IMG/VR virus record: IMGVR_UViG_3300042868_002089
DNA: 20,000 bases
DNA from: an uncultured virus (IMG/VR IMGVR_UViG_3300042868_002089)
Lineage: Duplodnaviria; Heunggongvirae; Uroviricota; Caudoviricetes
Direction: 5' to 3' (one strand)
The notes under the pieces are model-generated. The model ran no database searches. It had not been told where the DNA came from and worked only from the letters and a program-made list of their open reading frames with translations. Below, piece by piece: positions 1-8,476 of this stretch (the stretch's first letter is position 1; each line of letters begins with the position of its first letter). Both the position numbers and the translations under genes were made by a program.

Positions 1-1
1 C

Positions 2-2392
2 TGATGCCCTTCCCAGCCAAGCTTCCCCCGAGTTTGTCTGCGAGTTATTAAAAGTGCCTACCTGTATTCTTCCTTGAAAGTTTGCCGAAATTCCATTTGC
101 ACCGGGGGCAGGGTCTACATAGAATCCTGTGTTGCTGCTGTCGTAGAAAATTGGTGCGCGAAAACTGTTATTGGCTGCAGCATAGCCATCTTGCAAAACA
201 AAATAGTTGTTGTACCCATTATTGGAGCTGTTTGGCGAAATGAACTGCACGCCATTGCGAAACATGACTTCGCCGCCATTGCCGTTAAACGAACCGCTGG
301 GGTTGGCAATAGGATCAACGTTAAAACAAGGTGTTACGCTCCCGCTTGTCACACCATAAATGATTGTGCCGTATCCGGACGAATAACCATAATAACTACC
401 TCTAGCGGCGTTTACAAACCCGGGAGAACCAGCGGGTACATTGATACCGTTTAAGTTTGATGTGCTTGCCGGGTCTACGTAATACGCAGTGTTGTTGCTG
501 TCGTAGAAGATTGGTGCACGATACGAACCTATTGATTCTGAGTAGCTGCTGTATACTGATTGAACTTCACTGCCGTTTACAGCCAGCGCCAGTCGGTGAT
601 TTGACATCGTGCCGACAAAGCCTCGGTTTTGACCGTTGTGGCTGTACATGGTGGTGATAATTCCGTCACCGGCGGCTCGTACATCAAGCCGTGCGTGAGG
701 AGTTCCGCCTACATTCAGTCGCGCTCCCCAGCTACCATCATCACTGCCATAGTTGCCACCAATACCGACAAATGCTGCAAAAGAACCAGAGGTAGCGCCA
801 GCGGGGTTTACGTAGTACGCAGTGTTGTCGCTGTCGTAGAAAATTGGTGCGCGTAGTGATCCGCCTGCTTGTGTAAACCCGCCGTCATCAGACAGATAAA
901 CAACGCCATAAGATGTTGCAGGTGCTGTTGGAGCGCCTGCTCTTAGGTATAAATCTCCACCCGCAAGCCCCCCACCGTTATCAGAATTACCCGCTTTAAC
1001 AATTAAATTTCGACCAAACCCCGTACCTTTTGTGGCAGGTGTTGCGCCCCCGGAGCCGATGATACTGATAGTCCAAGGGCCGGCTTCATTGGTACTTGAG
1101 CCAAAATTAATGTTTGCGCTTTGGGCAAATGAAAGACTGCCCGTCATTGTGCCCCCACTCAAAGGTAAATAACCCGAAACAGACCCAGCGGACCCCGTGA
1201 TGTTAATATTCCAAGTACCTGAAGCACCGGAACCGGTTAGAGAAGGGGCGTAGGAGGTGTAGTTGGCAGCAGACAAAACCTGCGAACCGCCAATTGTCAG
1301 GTTGCTAAAGTTTGTTTGAGATGTTGTCGCAGCATTCCCAGTAATATTAATACCCCAAGTCCCGCTTGCGCCTGAACCTGTTGTTGAGGGGACATCTAAA
1401 CTTGTACGCGCACCCGATGCCGTGGTTGCTGCTGTGCCGCCCGCAGTTAAAGGCAAAGTGCCAGATGTCAGTGTTGAAGAGCTGTTAGCGTAGACTGCGC
1501 CGCCGCTTGTGTAGCTTGTAAGGCCCGTGCCGCCGTAGCCTGTTTGGATTGTTCCGCCCTGCCATGTGCCGCCAGAGATAATTGACGTGCCAAGATTAAA
1601 AGCGTTCGTGCCAAAAGTTACGCCTTCCGGGAGATACGCATGAAGGTCCCAAGTTCCGCCAGTCGTGCTGTTGAGTGTTAAAAAGACTGCAACTGCGCCG
1701 CCACTAGGAACAGTTCCAATAGTGGTACCCGCAAAATTTGCAAGAGTTAGTGTGCCTGTTGCTAGGTTGTTAAAAACAAACGCTACCCCGGTTGTCAGAG
1801 TGGTTGCATCAGGCAGCGTGTAAGTCTGGCCGCCAGTCCCAACAAGAGTATGGATATAGCTTGATGCCGCCGTCAATGCCGTTGTTCCGCCAGCAGCAGT
1901 TGTGTTTGTGTTTGATTGGTTTACTCTGTTGACCGCAATGTTTTGATTGCTATCACGCAGCACCACAGAGTTTGCGCCAGAAGAAGCGGTTACACCTGTG
2001 CCACCATAAGCCACACCAACGGTTGAGCCTTGCCATACACCAGAAGACACTGTGCCCAGAGGACTAACGTTGCCGCTCTCGTTTAAGTTAACTGACTTAC
2101 CTGCGGGGTATGTCAGGAACACGCTCTTGGTCCCAGCCGCCAAAGTAATTGGCGAAGTGTTGCCATTGGAGTTAGACAGAACAGTTGTACGCGCAAGCGT
2201 AGGGCCAGACGTAGAGTACGTACCAGTGCCTACTTCCCATGCAGAACCGTCTACGATGGTGTAGTAGCAAGTATTCCCATTGCCAACGACGGCAAACGAC
2301 TGAAAGCCGGGGACAGCACCAGCCAGCGTTACCGAGCCAGTGCCTGTTGTTGTCGTTGTTTCCTGTACGCGATCAAAAAGTGCCAGAGCCAT
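2..2392 (-). CDS. Tail fibre / long virion fibre protein, partial (3' end runs off the window start)
   Basis: Not in the ORF track, consistent with no in-window stop. ATG at 2392 reads MALALFDRVQETTTTTGTGSVTLAGAVPGFQSF..., an N-terminus typical of phage fibre proteins. Gly/Thr/Ser/Ala-rich with repeats (WQG...YGGTG x2, GSGASGTWxINITG x2, RAPIFYDSxNTxxYVxP x3). The same frame is still open at position 2. Confidence 0.85.
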   Translation of the reverse strand, partial: MALALFDRVQETTTTTGTGSVTLAGAVPGFQSFAVVGNGNTCYYTIVDGSAWEVGTGTYSTSGPTLARTTVLSNSNGNTSPITLAAGTKSVFLTYPAGKSVNLNESGNVSPLGTVSSGVWQGSTVGVAYGGTGVTASSGANSVVLRDSNQNIAVNRVNQSNTNTTAAGGTTALTAASSYIHTLVGTGGQTYTLPDATTLTTGVAFVFNNLATGTLTLANFAGTTIGTVPSGGAVAVFLTLNSTTGGTWDLHAYLPEGVTFGTNAFNLGTSIISGGTWQGGTIQTGYGGTGLTSYTSGGAVYANSSSTLTSGTLPLTAGGTAATTASGARTSLDVPSTTGSGASGTWGINITGNAATTSQTNFSNLTIGGSQVLSAANYTSYAPSLTGSGASGTWNINITGSAGSVSGYLPLSGGTMTGSLSFAQSANINFGSSTNEAGPWTISIIGSGGATPATKGTGFGRNLIVKAGNSDNGGGLAGGDLYLRAGAPTAPATSYGVVYLSDDGGFTQAGGSLRAPIFYDSDNTAYYVNPAGATSGSFAAFVGIGGNYGSDDGSWGARLNVGGTPHARLDVRAAGDGIITTMYSHNGQNRGFVGTMSNHRLALAVNGSEVQSVYSSYSESIGSYRAPIFYDSNNTAYYVDPASTSNLNGINVPAGSPGFVNAARGSYYGYSSGYGTIIYGVTSGSVTPCFNVDPIANPSGSFNGNGGEVMFRNGVQFISPNSSNNGYNNYFVLQDGYAAANNSFRAPIFYDSSNTGFYVDPAPGANGISANFQGRIQVGTFNNSQTNSGEAWLGRAS
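110..853 (-). repeat. Three in-frame 51-nt repeats encoding RAPIFYDSxNTxxYVxP (110-160, 470-520, 803-853)
   Basis: Read directly: RAPIFYDSSNTGFYVDP, RAPIFYDSNNTAYYVDP, RAPIFYDSDNTAYYVNP; spacing 360 and 333 nt. Confidence 0.9.
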
Positions 2393-2395
2393 GTT

Positions 2396-2863
2396 CTATC
2401 CTTCGTACTTTATTGCTTTGCTGCGGTTGGCCTGCATTTTAATGACCTGCAAATTATTTGCCACATGTAATCCACAAACCTTTTTGCCTTGAAGAGGAAC
2501 CGCATGGTCAACTTCGTATTTAACACCTGTCACTTGTGACATAAAAGCTGCTTCAGCATAAATTCTATTTATTGCTTGCATGTCTGCCCATGCTGGTGTT
2601 GCACTAAGTATAGTGGCTCTACGCTTTGCGCGATACAAACGTTTTTTACCGCGATTGTTTTTTGCCCATTCAGATGCTTGTATGAGCGTTAACTCTTTGT
2701 TGTCTTCGTAGTGTTTTTTTCTATACTCAACTCGGCACATTTTGCACGTTGTGTTTACTCCGTGCTTACCAGTAGGGTGCTTAGCAAAATAAGAAAGCTG
2801 CTTAACCTCGCCGCATTTGTAACAACGCTGCGTAATTTCTGAGGAGAGGTCAAGCAGAGTCAC
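2396..2863 (-). CDS. Free-standing HNH endonuclease with N-terminal Cys4 zinc-binding region
   Basis: CYKC...CKMC, then C-terminal YEVDHAVPLQGKKVCGLHVANNLQVI...NRSK, the DH..P...G.H...NL....N..K HNH signature. Visibly more AT-rich than its neighbours. Start codon uncertain. Confidence 0.85.
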   Translation of the reverse strand: MTLLDLSSEITQRCYKCGEVKQLSYFAKHPTGKHGVNTTCKMCRVEYRKKHYEDNKELTLIQASEWAKNNRGKKRLYRAKRRATILSATPAWADMQAINRIYAEAAFMSQVTGVKYEVDHAVPLQGKKVCGLHVANNLQVIKMQANRSKAIKYEG

Positions 2864-2876
2864 TCAAGACTCCAAT

Positions 2877-3479
2877 TTAGCTTGTTGCAGTGGTGCTGTA
2901 TGTAACTGAAACAGTATCGCCAGCGGTGGTAACTTTAGCAGTGGCAAACGCGCCAGCGCTATACAGAGTACCAGAAGTATTGCCTTGTGTCGTAGACGCG
3001 CCTGAACCTGTCACCAAGAAGCAACCGCCAACTGTACCGCCGCCACCTGTAATGGTGTAGGTAATAGCCGTAGCAGTCTTTGTGGTCACGTTGGTTGGCG
3101 TTGTGCCAGTCGAAGTTGCAGAAGCAAACACAGCCGTGCCGCGCACTGCTGAGCCGCCCACAGTGTAGTTCGTGAACTCCGTCCATGTTTTTGAAGACAT
3201 GGTGTCAGCGGCGGCAAAAGTCAAACCTGTACCAGAAATCAAACCAAGGTATGGTCCGACTGTGGTGTAAGAAACGCCAGACAACAATGTGTCAAGCATC
3301 AACTGTTTACCAACGGCGTTGACCAGATTGGGGAAGCCTTCTTCCCATTTGATGTTGCCATCAGCATCGCGGCAGACTACGTGGTAGACGCCTTCAATGC
3401 CAACAGTCTCGGAGCCTGTGACGTTTGACTGCATGCTGATTTGCGCATTGTCGCCAAAGCTAGAAAATTCTTTAGTCAT
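2877..3479 (-). CDS. Virion structural protein (tail-associated, Thr/Gly-rich)
   Basis: 200 aa, RBS AAGGA; composition and position among tail genes. Confidence 0.65.
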   Translation of the reverse strand: MTKEFSSFGDNAQISMQSNVTGSETVGIEGVYHVVCRDADGNIKWEEGFPNLVNAVGKQLMLDTLLSGVSYTTVGPYLGLISGTGLTFAAADTMSSKTWTEFTNYTVGGSAVRGTAVFASATSTGTTPTNVTTKTATAITYTITGGGGTVGGCFLVTGSGASTTQGNTSGTLYSAGAFATAKVTTAGDTVSVTYSTTATS

Positions 3480-3488
3480 GATAAGTCC

Positions 3489-3935
3489 TTAAGAGATGCG
3501 CACGATGGCACTGTTGGCATCGGAAGCAGGGAAAATGATCTGGAAGGTGTCATTGCTGACAGTCTTGTCTGCGCCAAAATCTAACACAGCCACAGATTTG
3601 TTACCTTGGCTGACATTGTAAATTAGCGCACCACGACATGTAAATGACGCATTTGCCCAGCTTGTGTTGGCAAACGAGATATATGCAGTTGGCACGTACC
3701 CTGTGTTGTTGCCTGAAGTTGGTGATGTGGAGATTGTCAGCGTGTTGCCACCAGCGGAGTAGCCCGTACCCACCACTTCGCCACTTGTTGTGTACACAGT
3801 TGTGTCGGGTCCGATGTTGGCCGCGCCTGTGTACAGGGCAAGCTTAAAAGTGTTAGGTGACGTAGGGCCAAAGTTGTGGATTGCTTGAAGCAGCTCCACC
3901 CGAAAGCTTGTAGTCGTGGTTTGCGCAATTGACAT
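3489..3935 (-). CDS. Virion structural protein (FKLALYT-type tail-associated family)
   Basis: 148 aa with FKLALYT...GYSAGG...RGALIYN...AVLDFG motifs that I recognise from phage tail-region proteins. Confidence 0.7.
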   Translation of the reverse strand: MSIAQTTTTSFRVELLQAIHNFGPTSPNTFKLALYTGAANIGPDTTVYTTSGEVVGTGYSAGGNTLTISTSPTSGNNTGYVPTAYISFANTSWANASFTCRGALIYNVSQGNKSVAVLDFGADKTVSNDTFQIIFPASDANSAIVRIS

Positions 3936-3936
3936 G

Positions 3937-4629
3937 TCACATTACCTTCTGACGGTATTGGCCAGAGCGGTACGCGTCTTGACGCTCCATACCATCGCCC
4001 AGACGTTTTGCCAACATCAGCGCTTCCTGATACTTGGTGTTGTACATTGTCATCATGTCCGCTTCACCCTTCATGTAGGTGTAGGCTTCCACCAAAGAAC
4101 CGTACAAAAGCACTGAGTCAAAGTTATCACCCAACCATGTCTGGCCGCCTGCCGCAGTCGTAATGGACTCAGGGTAGTAGTAATAGTGCAACTCGACGTT
4201 GTACTCTTGGTTGGGGGTCGGGCCAATGATAAACGTCAGCTCATTAGAAATTGTGGCACCAGTCACAGTGGGACCAAACAACGCGTAATACTTTGGTACG
4301 CCCTTATCATCAGGTACAGGGTACGCTTGACGGATAAAGTTCACGTCCTTGTTCAACAAGTACTCGTACGTGCCGGTGTTCAGGTCATTAGCTGTCACGT
4401 CCGTAATCACCGCCAAGGAATATGTGGCCAAGTAGTCAGTCGGTGCAGACAGGTACTTGTTGTTGGCGGCAATCACGCCCGTCATGTTTTTACGCAATGA
4501 CGGGAACTGGACGGTGTTGTAAATACGCTGCTCAGCTTGCTGAACGAACACGGGTATCTGAGCAATAAAGCTTGCTTCGGTATTTTCCGTGTACGCCTGA
4601 ATAGCGTTGCTGAGTTGCGTATAGTTCAT
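3937..4629 (-). CDS. Putative head-tail adaptor / tail tubular protein
   Basis: 230 aa; AEQRIY, GVPKYYA, GPTP...Y.VELHYYY.P, LLYGSLVEAY motifs; position downstream of capsid genes. Confidence 0.6.
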   Translation of the reverse strand: MNYTQLSNAIQAYTENTEASFIAQIPVFVQQAEQRIYNTVQFPSLRKNMTGVIAANNKYLSAPTDYLATYSLAVITDVTANDLNTGTYEYLLNKDVNFIRQAYPVPDDKGVPKYYALFGPTVTGATISNELTFIIGPTPNQEYNVELHYYYYPESITTAAGGQTWLGDNFDSVLLYGSLVEAYTYMKGEADMMTMYNTKYQEALMLAKRLGDGMERQDAYRSGQYRQKVM

Positions 4630-4823
4630 GCCATCGGACCTCGGGCCATTGTGCCTTTAGTAGCGCATCCAGTACCGCGAATCTTGATGCCAGAAGTCTT
4701 CACGCCGTCGTAGGGGTTGCTACGCTCATTGGCAATAGACATGTTGGCCTTCAAAGCTTCTTTAACAGGCATCTGACCAACAACAACGGTTGGTTCTTTC
4801 TTTGGTTGTCTGTATGTAGCCAT
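4626..4823 (-). CDS. Small basic hypothetical protein
   Basis: ATG 4823 preceded by GGAGG; 65 aa ending IKIRGTGCATKGTMARGPMA; stop overlaps the next start. Confidence 0.7.
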   Translation of the reverse strand: MATYRQPKKEPTVVVGQMPVKEALKANMSIANERSNPYDGVKTSGIKIRGTGCATKGTMARGPMA

Positions 4824-4824
4824 C

Positions 4825-5016
4825 TTAACCTCCACGACCAACAGAGCGCTGGTTCATGACCTTGGCCATGTTGCGGCCATACTTAAGCATGTCGCTGTTA
4901 GTCTTACCACCAGCTTTGAGCTTAGTAGGCTTTTTACCGGGGTGCATGTTTTTCTCATGCTTGCCAACGGCAGACTTAATCATCTTCTTGTCTTGGGCTA
5001 AATCTTTTTTGTCCAT
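4825..5016 (-). CDS. Small Lys-rich hypothetical protein
   Basis: 63 aa, RBS AGGAG, tightly packed in the operon. Confidence 0.7.
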   Translation of the reverse strand: MDKKDLAQDKKMIKSAVGKHEKNMHPGKKPTKLKAGGKTNSDMLKYGRNMAKVMNQRSVGRGG

Positions 5017-5017
5017 G

Positions 5018-5449
5018 TCAGACTCCTATCTGTATCGTTACTGTACCAACTTGTGCTGCCATTGCCAAGTCATTTGGCGTTAAAGCAGTGTCAAAAACTC
5101 TGGCTCCCCCAACAGGATTCCAGCCCCACTGAAAAACCCTGCTACCTTCAGACGGTAGCCCTGCCGCATCTTTGCCTGAACTGTTGGTCAGAACAATCTG
5201 CAAGCCCGTGTTACCAGACTGATAGTAGCTCACGTCAGGACGCGGATCACGCACACCTTGCGGGTCATCCACCGGATACATACCCAACTGCAACTGCGGC
5301 TGGTCAGGGTCCCAACATGTTTTGCAAACCAAGAGATTGTAGTTCTTGGTTTTGATAATTTCTTTACGTAATTCGTGCAGCTTAAAGCGAAACCCACAGC
5401 GGTCACATTCCGCAATGGAGTTCTTGCCGGACGAAAACCGGTTTCCCAT
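5018..5449 (-). CDS. Zinc-ribbon hypothetical protein
   Basis: 143 aa with CDRCG...VCKTCWD Cys pairs. Confidence 0.7.
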   Translation of the reverse strand: MGNRFSSGKNSIAECDRCGFRFKLHELRKEIIKTKNYNLLVCKTCWDPDQPQLQLGMYPVDDPQGVRDPRPDVSYYQSGNTGLQIVLTNSSGKDAAGLPSEGSRVFQWGWNPVGGARVFDTALTPNDLAMAAQVGTVTIQIGV

Positions 5450-6397
5450 TTACGTGCCGCTTCCAATGTACTGTTGACGAGGCACAAAGCGTACTGCCGC
5501 CTTTTCTTGGTCTTCGCCTGCGGCTCTGTCCCAAGCTTCGTCATATTGTTGCTTCAAAACATCAAGGCGCTGTAAACCCTCGGGCACTTTGAGCGCGATG
5601 TAGTAAGCCAGACCTGCGGCCAAGCAGGGCACAAAACGGAAAGGCACATCCATAGTCTTAGTGCCGCCACCAGCGTCTTGAATACGGCGCATGCGCCAGT
5701 AGACGAACTGATACGTTGTGCCGGGGTTAGGGGTTGGCCACACAGTGATACTGTTCTTCTGAACCAAGCTCATGGCCGCGCCAGTTGTGTGGCTAGCCGC
5801 AGTTGTGCCGTCCTGCCCACGCGTGCAGTTGAGCAAGTACGCAGGTGTAGCGCCACTAGCTGGGGTTGTCTCGTTGTATCCAATCAACTCTGCGCCAATC
5901 TGGATGAAACCAGCAGTTGGCACGCCCACCAAAGAGGTGATTGGAATAGTTGTGGCGGTTGCATTGATGGTCGACTGGACTGTGCCAACCAAAACGCTGG
6001 AGTTACCCGTCAAACGCTGTACCCAAACCTGAATAGGACGGCCTTGGATCAATTTATTTGGGATGGTGGCATACGTGGGCATGCTGATCCGCGTAATCGT
6101 CAGGTCGGCCTGATTATTGGCTACGTTGGCGTTTGTTCGGATGACATGGTCAAGCAAGTCAACAGTGTCGTCCGGGATTGCGTACGTTGGCTGGCCAGTC
6201 ACAAGCGTGATGGTGTTTTGCTCAAACGTCCACATGTTCACGCCACGGTTTGCCCAGTCAGCAAACAGTAAGTTAAGCGATCGACGGGCAGTGCGCAAGT
6301 CATAGCCCGTGCGGAGTTCAGAACCCGCCCGTTCAAAAGCCTCCTCAACCATGTCGTTGAGGTCGAGGTTAAACGAGGTGAGTCCTGAAGTAGTCAT
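5450..6397 (-). CDS. Putative head-tail adaptor / tail tubular protein with an inserted domain
   Basis: 315 aa; ARRSLNLLFADWANRG, GRPIQ, VWPTP, PFRFVPCLAAGLAYYIA motifs typical of podovirus adaptor-like proteins. Confidence 0.6.
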   Translation of the reverse strand: MTTSGLTSFNLDLNDMVEEAFERAGSELRTGYDLRTARRSLNLLFADWANRGVNMWTFEQNTITLVTGQPTYAIPDDTVDLLDHVIRTNANVANNQADLTITRISMPTYATIPNKLIQGRPIQVWVQRLTGNSSVLVGTVQSTINATATTIPITSLVGVPTAGFIQIGAELIGYNETTPASGATPAYLLNCTRGQDGTTAASHTTGAAMSLVQKNSITVWPTPNPGTTYQFVYWRMRRIQDAGGGTKTMDVPFRFVPCLAAGLAYYIALKVPEGLQRLDVLKQQYDEAWDRAAGEDQEKAAVRFVPRQQYIGSGT

Positions 6398-6627
6398 CTA
6401 AATCCTGCCGTTTTCTTTGCAATCGTTTTAGGTTGCGCTACGAATTGTTTTCCGGCTTTTTTGCCCGCACGTTTCGCACGCGTTGTCGCAGCGTACTCAG
6501 CAGGACTGAGGCTTTTAATCGCAGCACTAGGAAGGTATCGCTCACCCGTGTCAGAAGATTTCTTACCACTTTTGGTTCTCCATTTCTGGTCGCCCCAGTC
6601 CTTCAATGATTTCTGAGGCGCTTTCAA
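6394..6627 (-). CDS. Small basic hypothetical protein
   Basis: 77 aa, KSLKDWGDQKWRTKSGK...GERYLP; 4-nt overlaps with both neighbours. Confidence 0.75.
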   Translation of the reverse strand: MKAPQKSLKDWGDQKWRTKSGKKSSDTGERYLPSAAIKSLSPAEYAATTRAKRAGKKAGKQFVAQPKTIAKKTAGFR

Positions 6628-6899
6628 TCTCGGTAACCCCCGCCAGCCGCCTTGTACTTCTTGGCAACTAGCTGAGCTTTACGAGCCGACCACTGGCCTG
6701 CGCCAGTGCCGTGGGTGGCCGCGGCTTTTACTTGAGACACAATCTTCTTGCGAAGACCGGGCTTTGTGTAATTGCCTGCGGCGTTAACCTTCCCACCCTC
6801 TTTGTATTGGGTGAAGTCAGTATCGTCCCGTCGGGCTTTCTTAACGCCCTTGGGCATTTTAGAGGGGGCAATATCCCCCATCCCACGGCTGGCCATCAT
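6624..6899 (-). CDS. Small basic protein (C-terminal half resembles DUF5872 from memory)
   Basis: NYTKPGLR...GQWSARKAQLVAKKYKAAGGGYRD motif. Confidence 0.7.
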   Translation of the reverse strand: MMASRGMGDIAPSKMPKGVKKARRDDTDFTQYKEGGKVNAAGNYTKPGLRKKIVSQVKAAATHGTGAGQWSARKAQLVAKKYKAAGGGYRD

Positions 6900-6902
6900 G
6901 AT

Positions 6903-7325
6903 TTAGCAGGCCTTGCCGCCCATGTTCATCTTCTTGGTCATGCCGCCCTTTTTCATACCCAAGGGGGTGCTGCCCTTCATAGAGACCATAGTGCCTTTGG
7001 TCTTGCCTTTAGAAGCAATACCGTCACGGCTAGGAGCCGCTGTACGCACTGAACCCATTTTGGCAGTAGTGATGCCGTTGTTTTTACGTGTAGCCATGAT
7101 AGATCCACCTTCTTTAAAAAGAGCCATTTTCCCGTGATCGGTTTTAGCTCGGTTTGCCTTCTGAATATCTGGACGGGTTCTCCCGCCAGAGCCAAACTTC
7201 TTGCCCTTGTCCGCTTCGTTGAAATCTTTCCCAACGCTTTGCGGAACTCCCACCTTCTTGGCAAACGCAGGACTGTGCGCTATCGCCGCCATGAAGTTGT
7301 GCTGCTTTTTACTCGTCGACGGCAT
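6903..7325 (-). CDS. Lys/Gly-rich hypothetical protein
   Basis: Likely start ATG 7325 (MPSTSKKQHNFMAAIAHSPAFAKKVGVPQSVG); the longer track version overlaps the upstream gene. Confidence 0.7.
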   Translation of the reverse strand: MPSTSKKQHNFMAAIAHSPAFAKKVGVPQSVGKDFNEADKGKKFGSGGRTRPDIQKANRAKTDHGKMALFKEGGSIMATRKNNGITTAKMGSVRTAAPSRDGIASKGKTKGTMVSMKGSTPLGMKKGGMTKKMNMGGKAC

Positions 7326-7503
7326 TTTTAGCCTTAGTACGATTGGTCGCTTCACGAACAGTATCAGACTCCCAGATACGAAGACCAAGGTAGATGATAG
7401 TGAACAGAGAAGCCAAAGGCGGCAACCACGTCGCCATAACGCCAACAGTTGTTAAGACTGCTGCGCCATCTGCAACTGCTTTAGCTGTGTCGTGTTGAGT
7501 CAT
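7309..7503 (-). CDS. Small membrane protein (holin-like)
   Basis: 64 aa with hydrophobic stretch AAVLTTVGVMATWLPPLASLFTIIYLGLRIW and a charged C-terminus. Confidence 0.55.
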   Translation of the reverse strand: MTQHDTAKAVADGAAVLTTVGVMATWLPPLASLFTIIYLGLRIWESDTVREATNRTKAKNAVDE

Positions 7504-7504
7504 A

Positions 7505-7759
7505 TCAGCAATTCCAAGCCCGAAGGCTTTTGTTGATTCTGGAGTTCGGGTCTTTCTTGGCCTTCTCTCCGGTCAGCTTCTTCTTCATGCCTTCCATACG
7601 GGCGCAAAAAGAGTCGCGGCGTTTGCCGCCCTCTGGTTGAGGACGCTTCAAGCCCGGCTTGCCGGGGTTTGCCTTGTTGTACGAGGCCCGTCCCTTGGCG
7701 TTCAAGCCGCCCTTCTCGGACTTCCCCTCTTTGCGTTGCCATGCTGGTGACTTAGCCAT
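7505..7759 (-). CDS. Small basic phage protein (DUF6321-like from memory)
   Basis: MAKSPAWQRKEGK...GGLNAKGRASYN...RRDSFCARM...SRINKSLRAWNC. Confidence 0.7.
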   Translation of the reverse strand: MAKSPAWQRKEGKSEKGGLNAKGRASYNKANPGKPGLKRPQPEGGKRRDSFCARMEGMKKKLTGEKAKKDPNSRINKSLRAWNC

Positions 7760-8036
7760 AAAACACCGTCACTTTAGCGCCGGTCGGCACTGTTACGTGC
7801 ACATCGGTATAAAACAAGATGCCCTCGCCGGGAATCAAGTTCGAAAACGGATTGTTGGTGTTTGCAGGGATATTGAACTGCAAGCGGATAGTGCCAGAAG
7901 CACCGCCGTCACGGAAAATAATATCGCCAGCAGTACCGCCAGACAGGCATTGGTAGCCTTTAACACGTGTGCGTCCAGACTCCATCGTGCCAGTAGCTTC
8001 GATGTGCGAGGACTTTACGTCGGTTTGCATTGTCAT
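7752..8036 (-). CDS. Small beta-rich virion-associated protein
   Basis: ATG 8036 with RBS AAGGAG; ends IPGEGILF...VTVFYG. Confidence 0.65.
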   Translation of the reverse strand: MTMQTDVKSSHIEATGTMESGRTRVKGYQCLSGGTAGDIIFRDGGASGTIRLQFNIPANTNNPFSNLIPGEGILFYTDVHVTVPTGAKVTVFYG

Positions 8037-8050
8037 AATCAAGCTCCTTT

Positions 8051-8070
8051 AAAAACGGGGCCGAAGCCCC
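8051..8070 (-). terminator. Intrinsic terminator after 8080-8388
   Basis: Minus strand GGGGC-UUCG-GCCCC followed by GUUUUU. Confidence 0.75.
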
Positions 8071-8079
8071 ACGGGTTGA

Positions 8080-8388
8080 TTAGCTCAGAGCAGCGCCGAT
8101 AGCGGTAACCCAAGCAGAGCCAGTAGAGATTACAAGGCAGTATTCGTTGTTACCTGCACCATTGTCGCTAATCAAGCGAACTTGGCCAGCATTGCCAGCG
8201 GCAGCGGTAGGCAAAGCGGTTGTCAGAATGGGGGTTAGTTTAGCGAAAGATGCGATTGTTAAGCTGTCAACACTGCTAGCGGCACCAAATGTTGCGTCAA
8301 CAGTAACAGCGCCAGTAGTGCTGTTTGTAGTGATTGATTGAAAGCCGTTCTGCGAGCGAACTGGGCCGTTAAACGTGGTATTTGCCAT
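8080..8388 (-). CDS. Putative capsid-associated fibre/decoration protein
   Basis: 102 aa, MANTTFNGPVRSQNGF...LPTAAAGNAG...STGSAWV; RBS AAGGA; follows the major capsid gene. Confidence 0.65.
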   Translation of the reverse strand: MANTTFNGPVRSQNGFQSITTNSTTGAVTVDATFGAASSVDSLTIASFAKLTPILTTALPTAAAGNAGQVRLISDNGAGNNEYCLVISTGSAWVTAIGAALS

Positions 8389-8399
8389 GATTATTCCTT

Positions 8400-8470
8400 A
8401 CATGCAAGTTGTGGTGTTCTATCTGCATGTCGTCAGCCGGGACTGTAAGAACACCGGGAAAGCCCGGAAT
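8400..8470 (-). ncRNA. Candidate structured cis-regulatory leader RNA (two crossing pseudoknots)
   Basis: Three perfect pairings: 8463-8467/8437-8441 (5 bp), 8448-8455/8413-8420 (8 bp), 8424-8430/8400-8406 (7 bp). The last ends immediately before the SD of 8080-8388. Confidence 0.55.
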
Positions 8471-8476
8471 GAAGTC

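Noticed and set aside
110..853. Tail-fibre repeats as a DGR template/variable pair or shufflon
   Set aside because: Repeats are short, in-frame and same-orientation, differences are not adenine-specific, and no reverse transcriptase or invertase is in the window.
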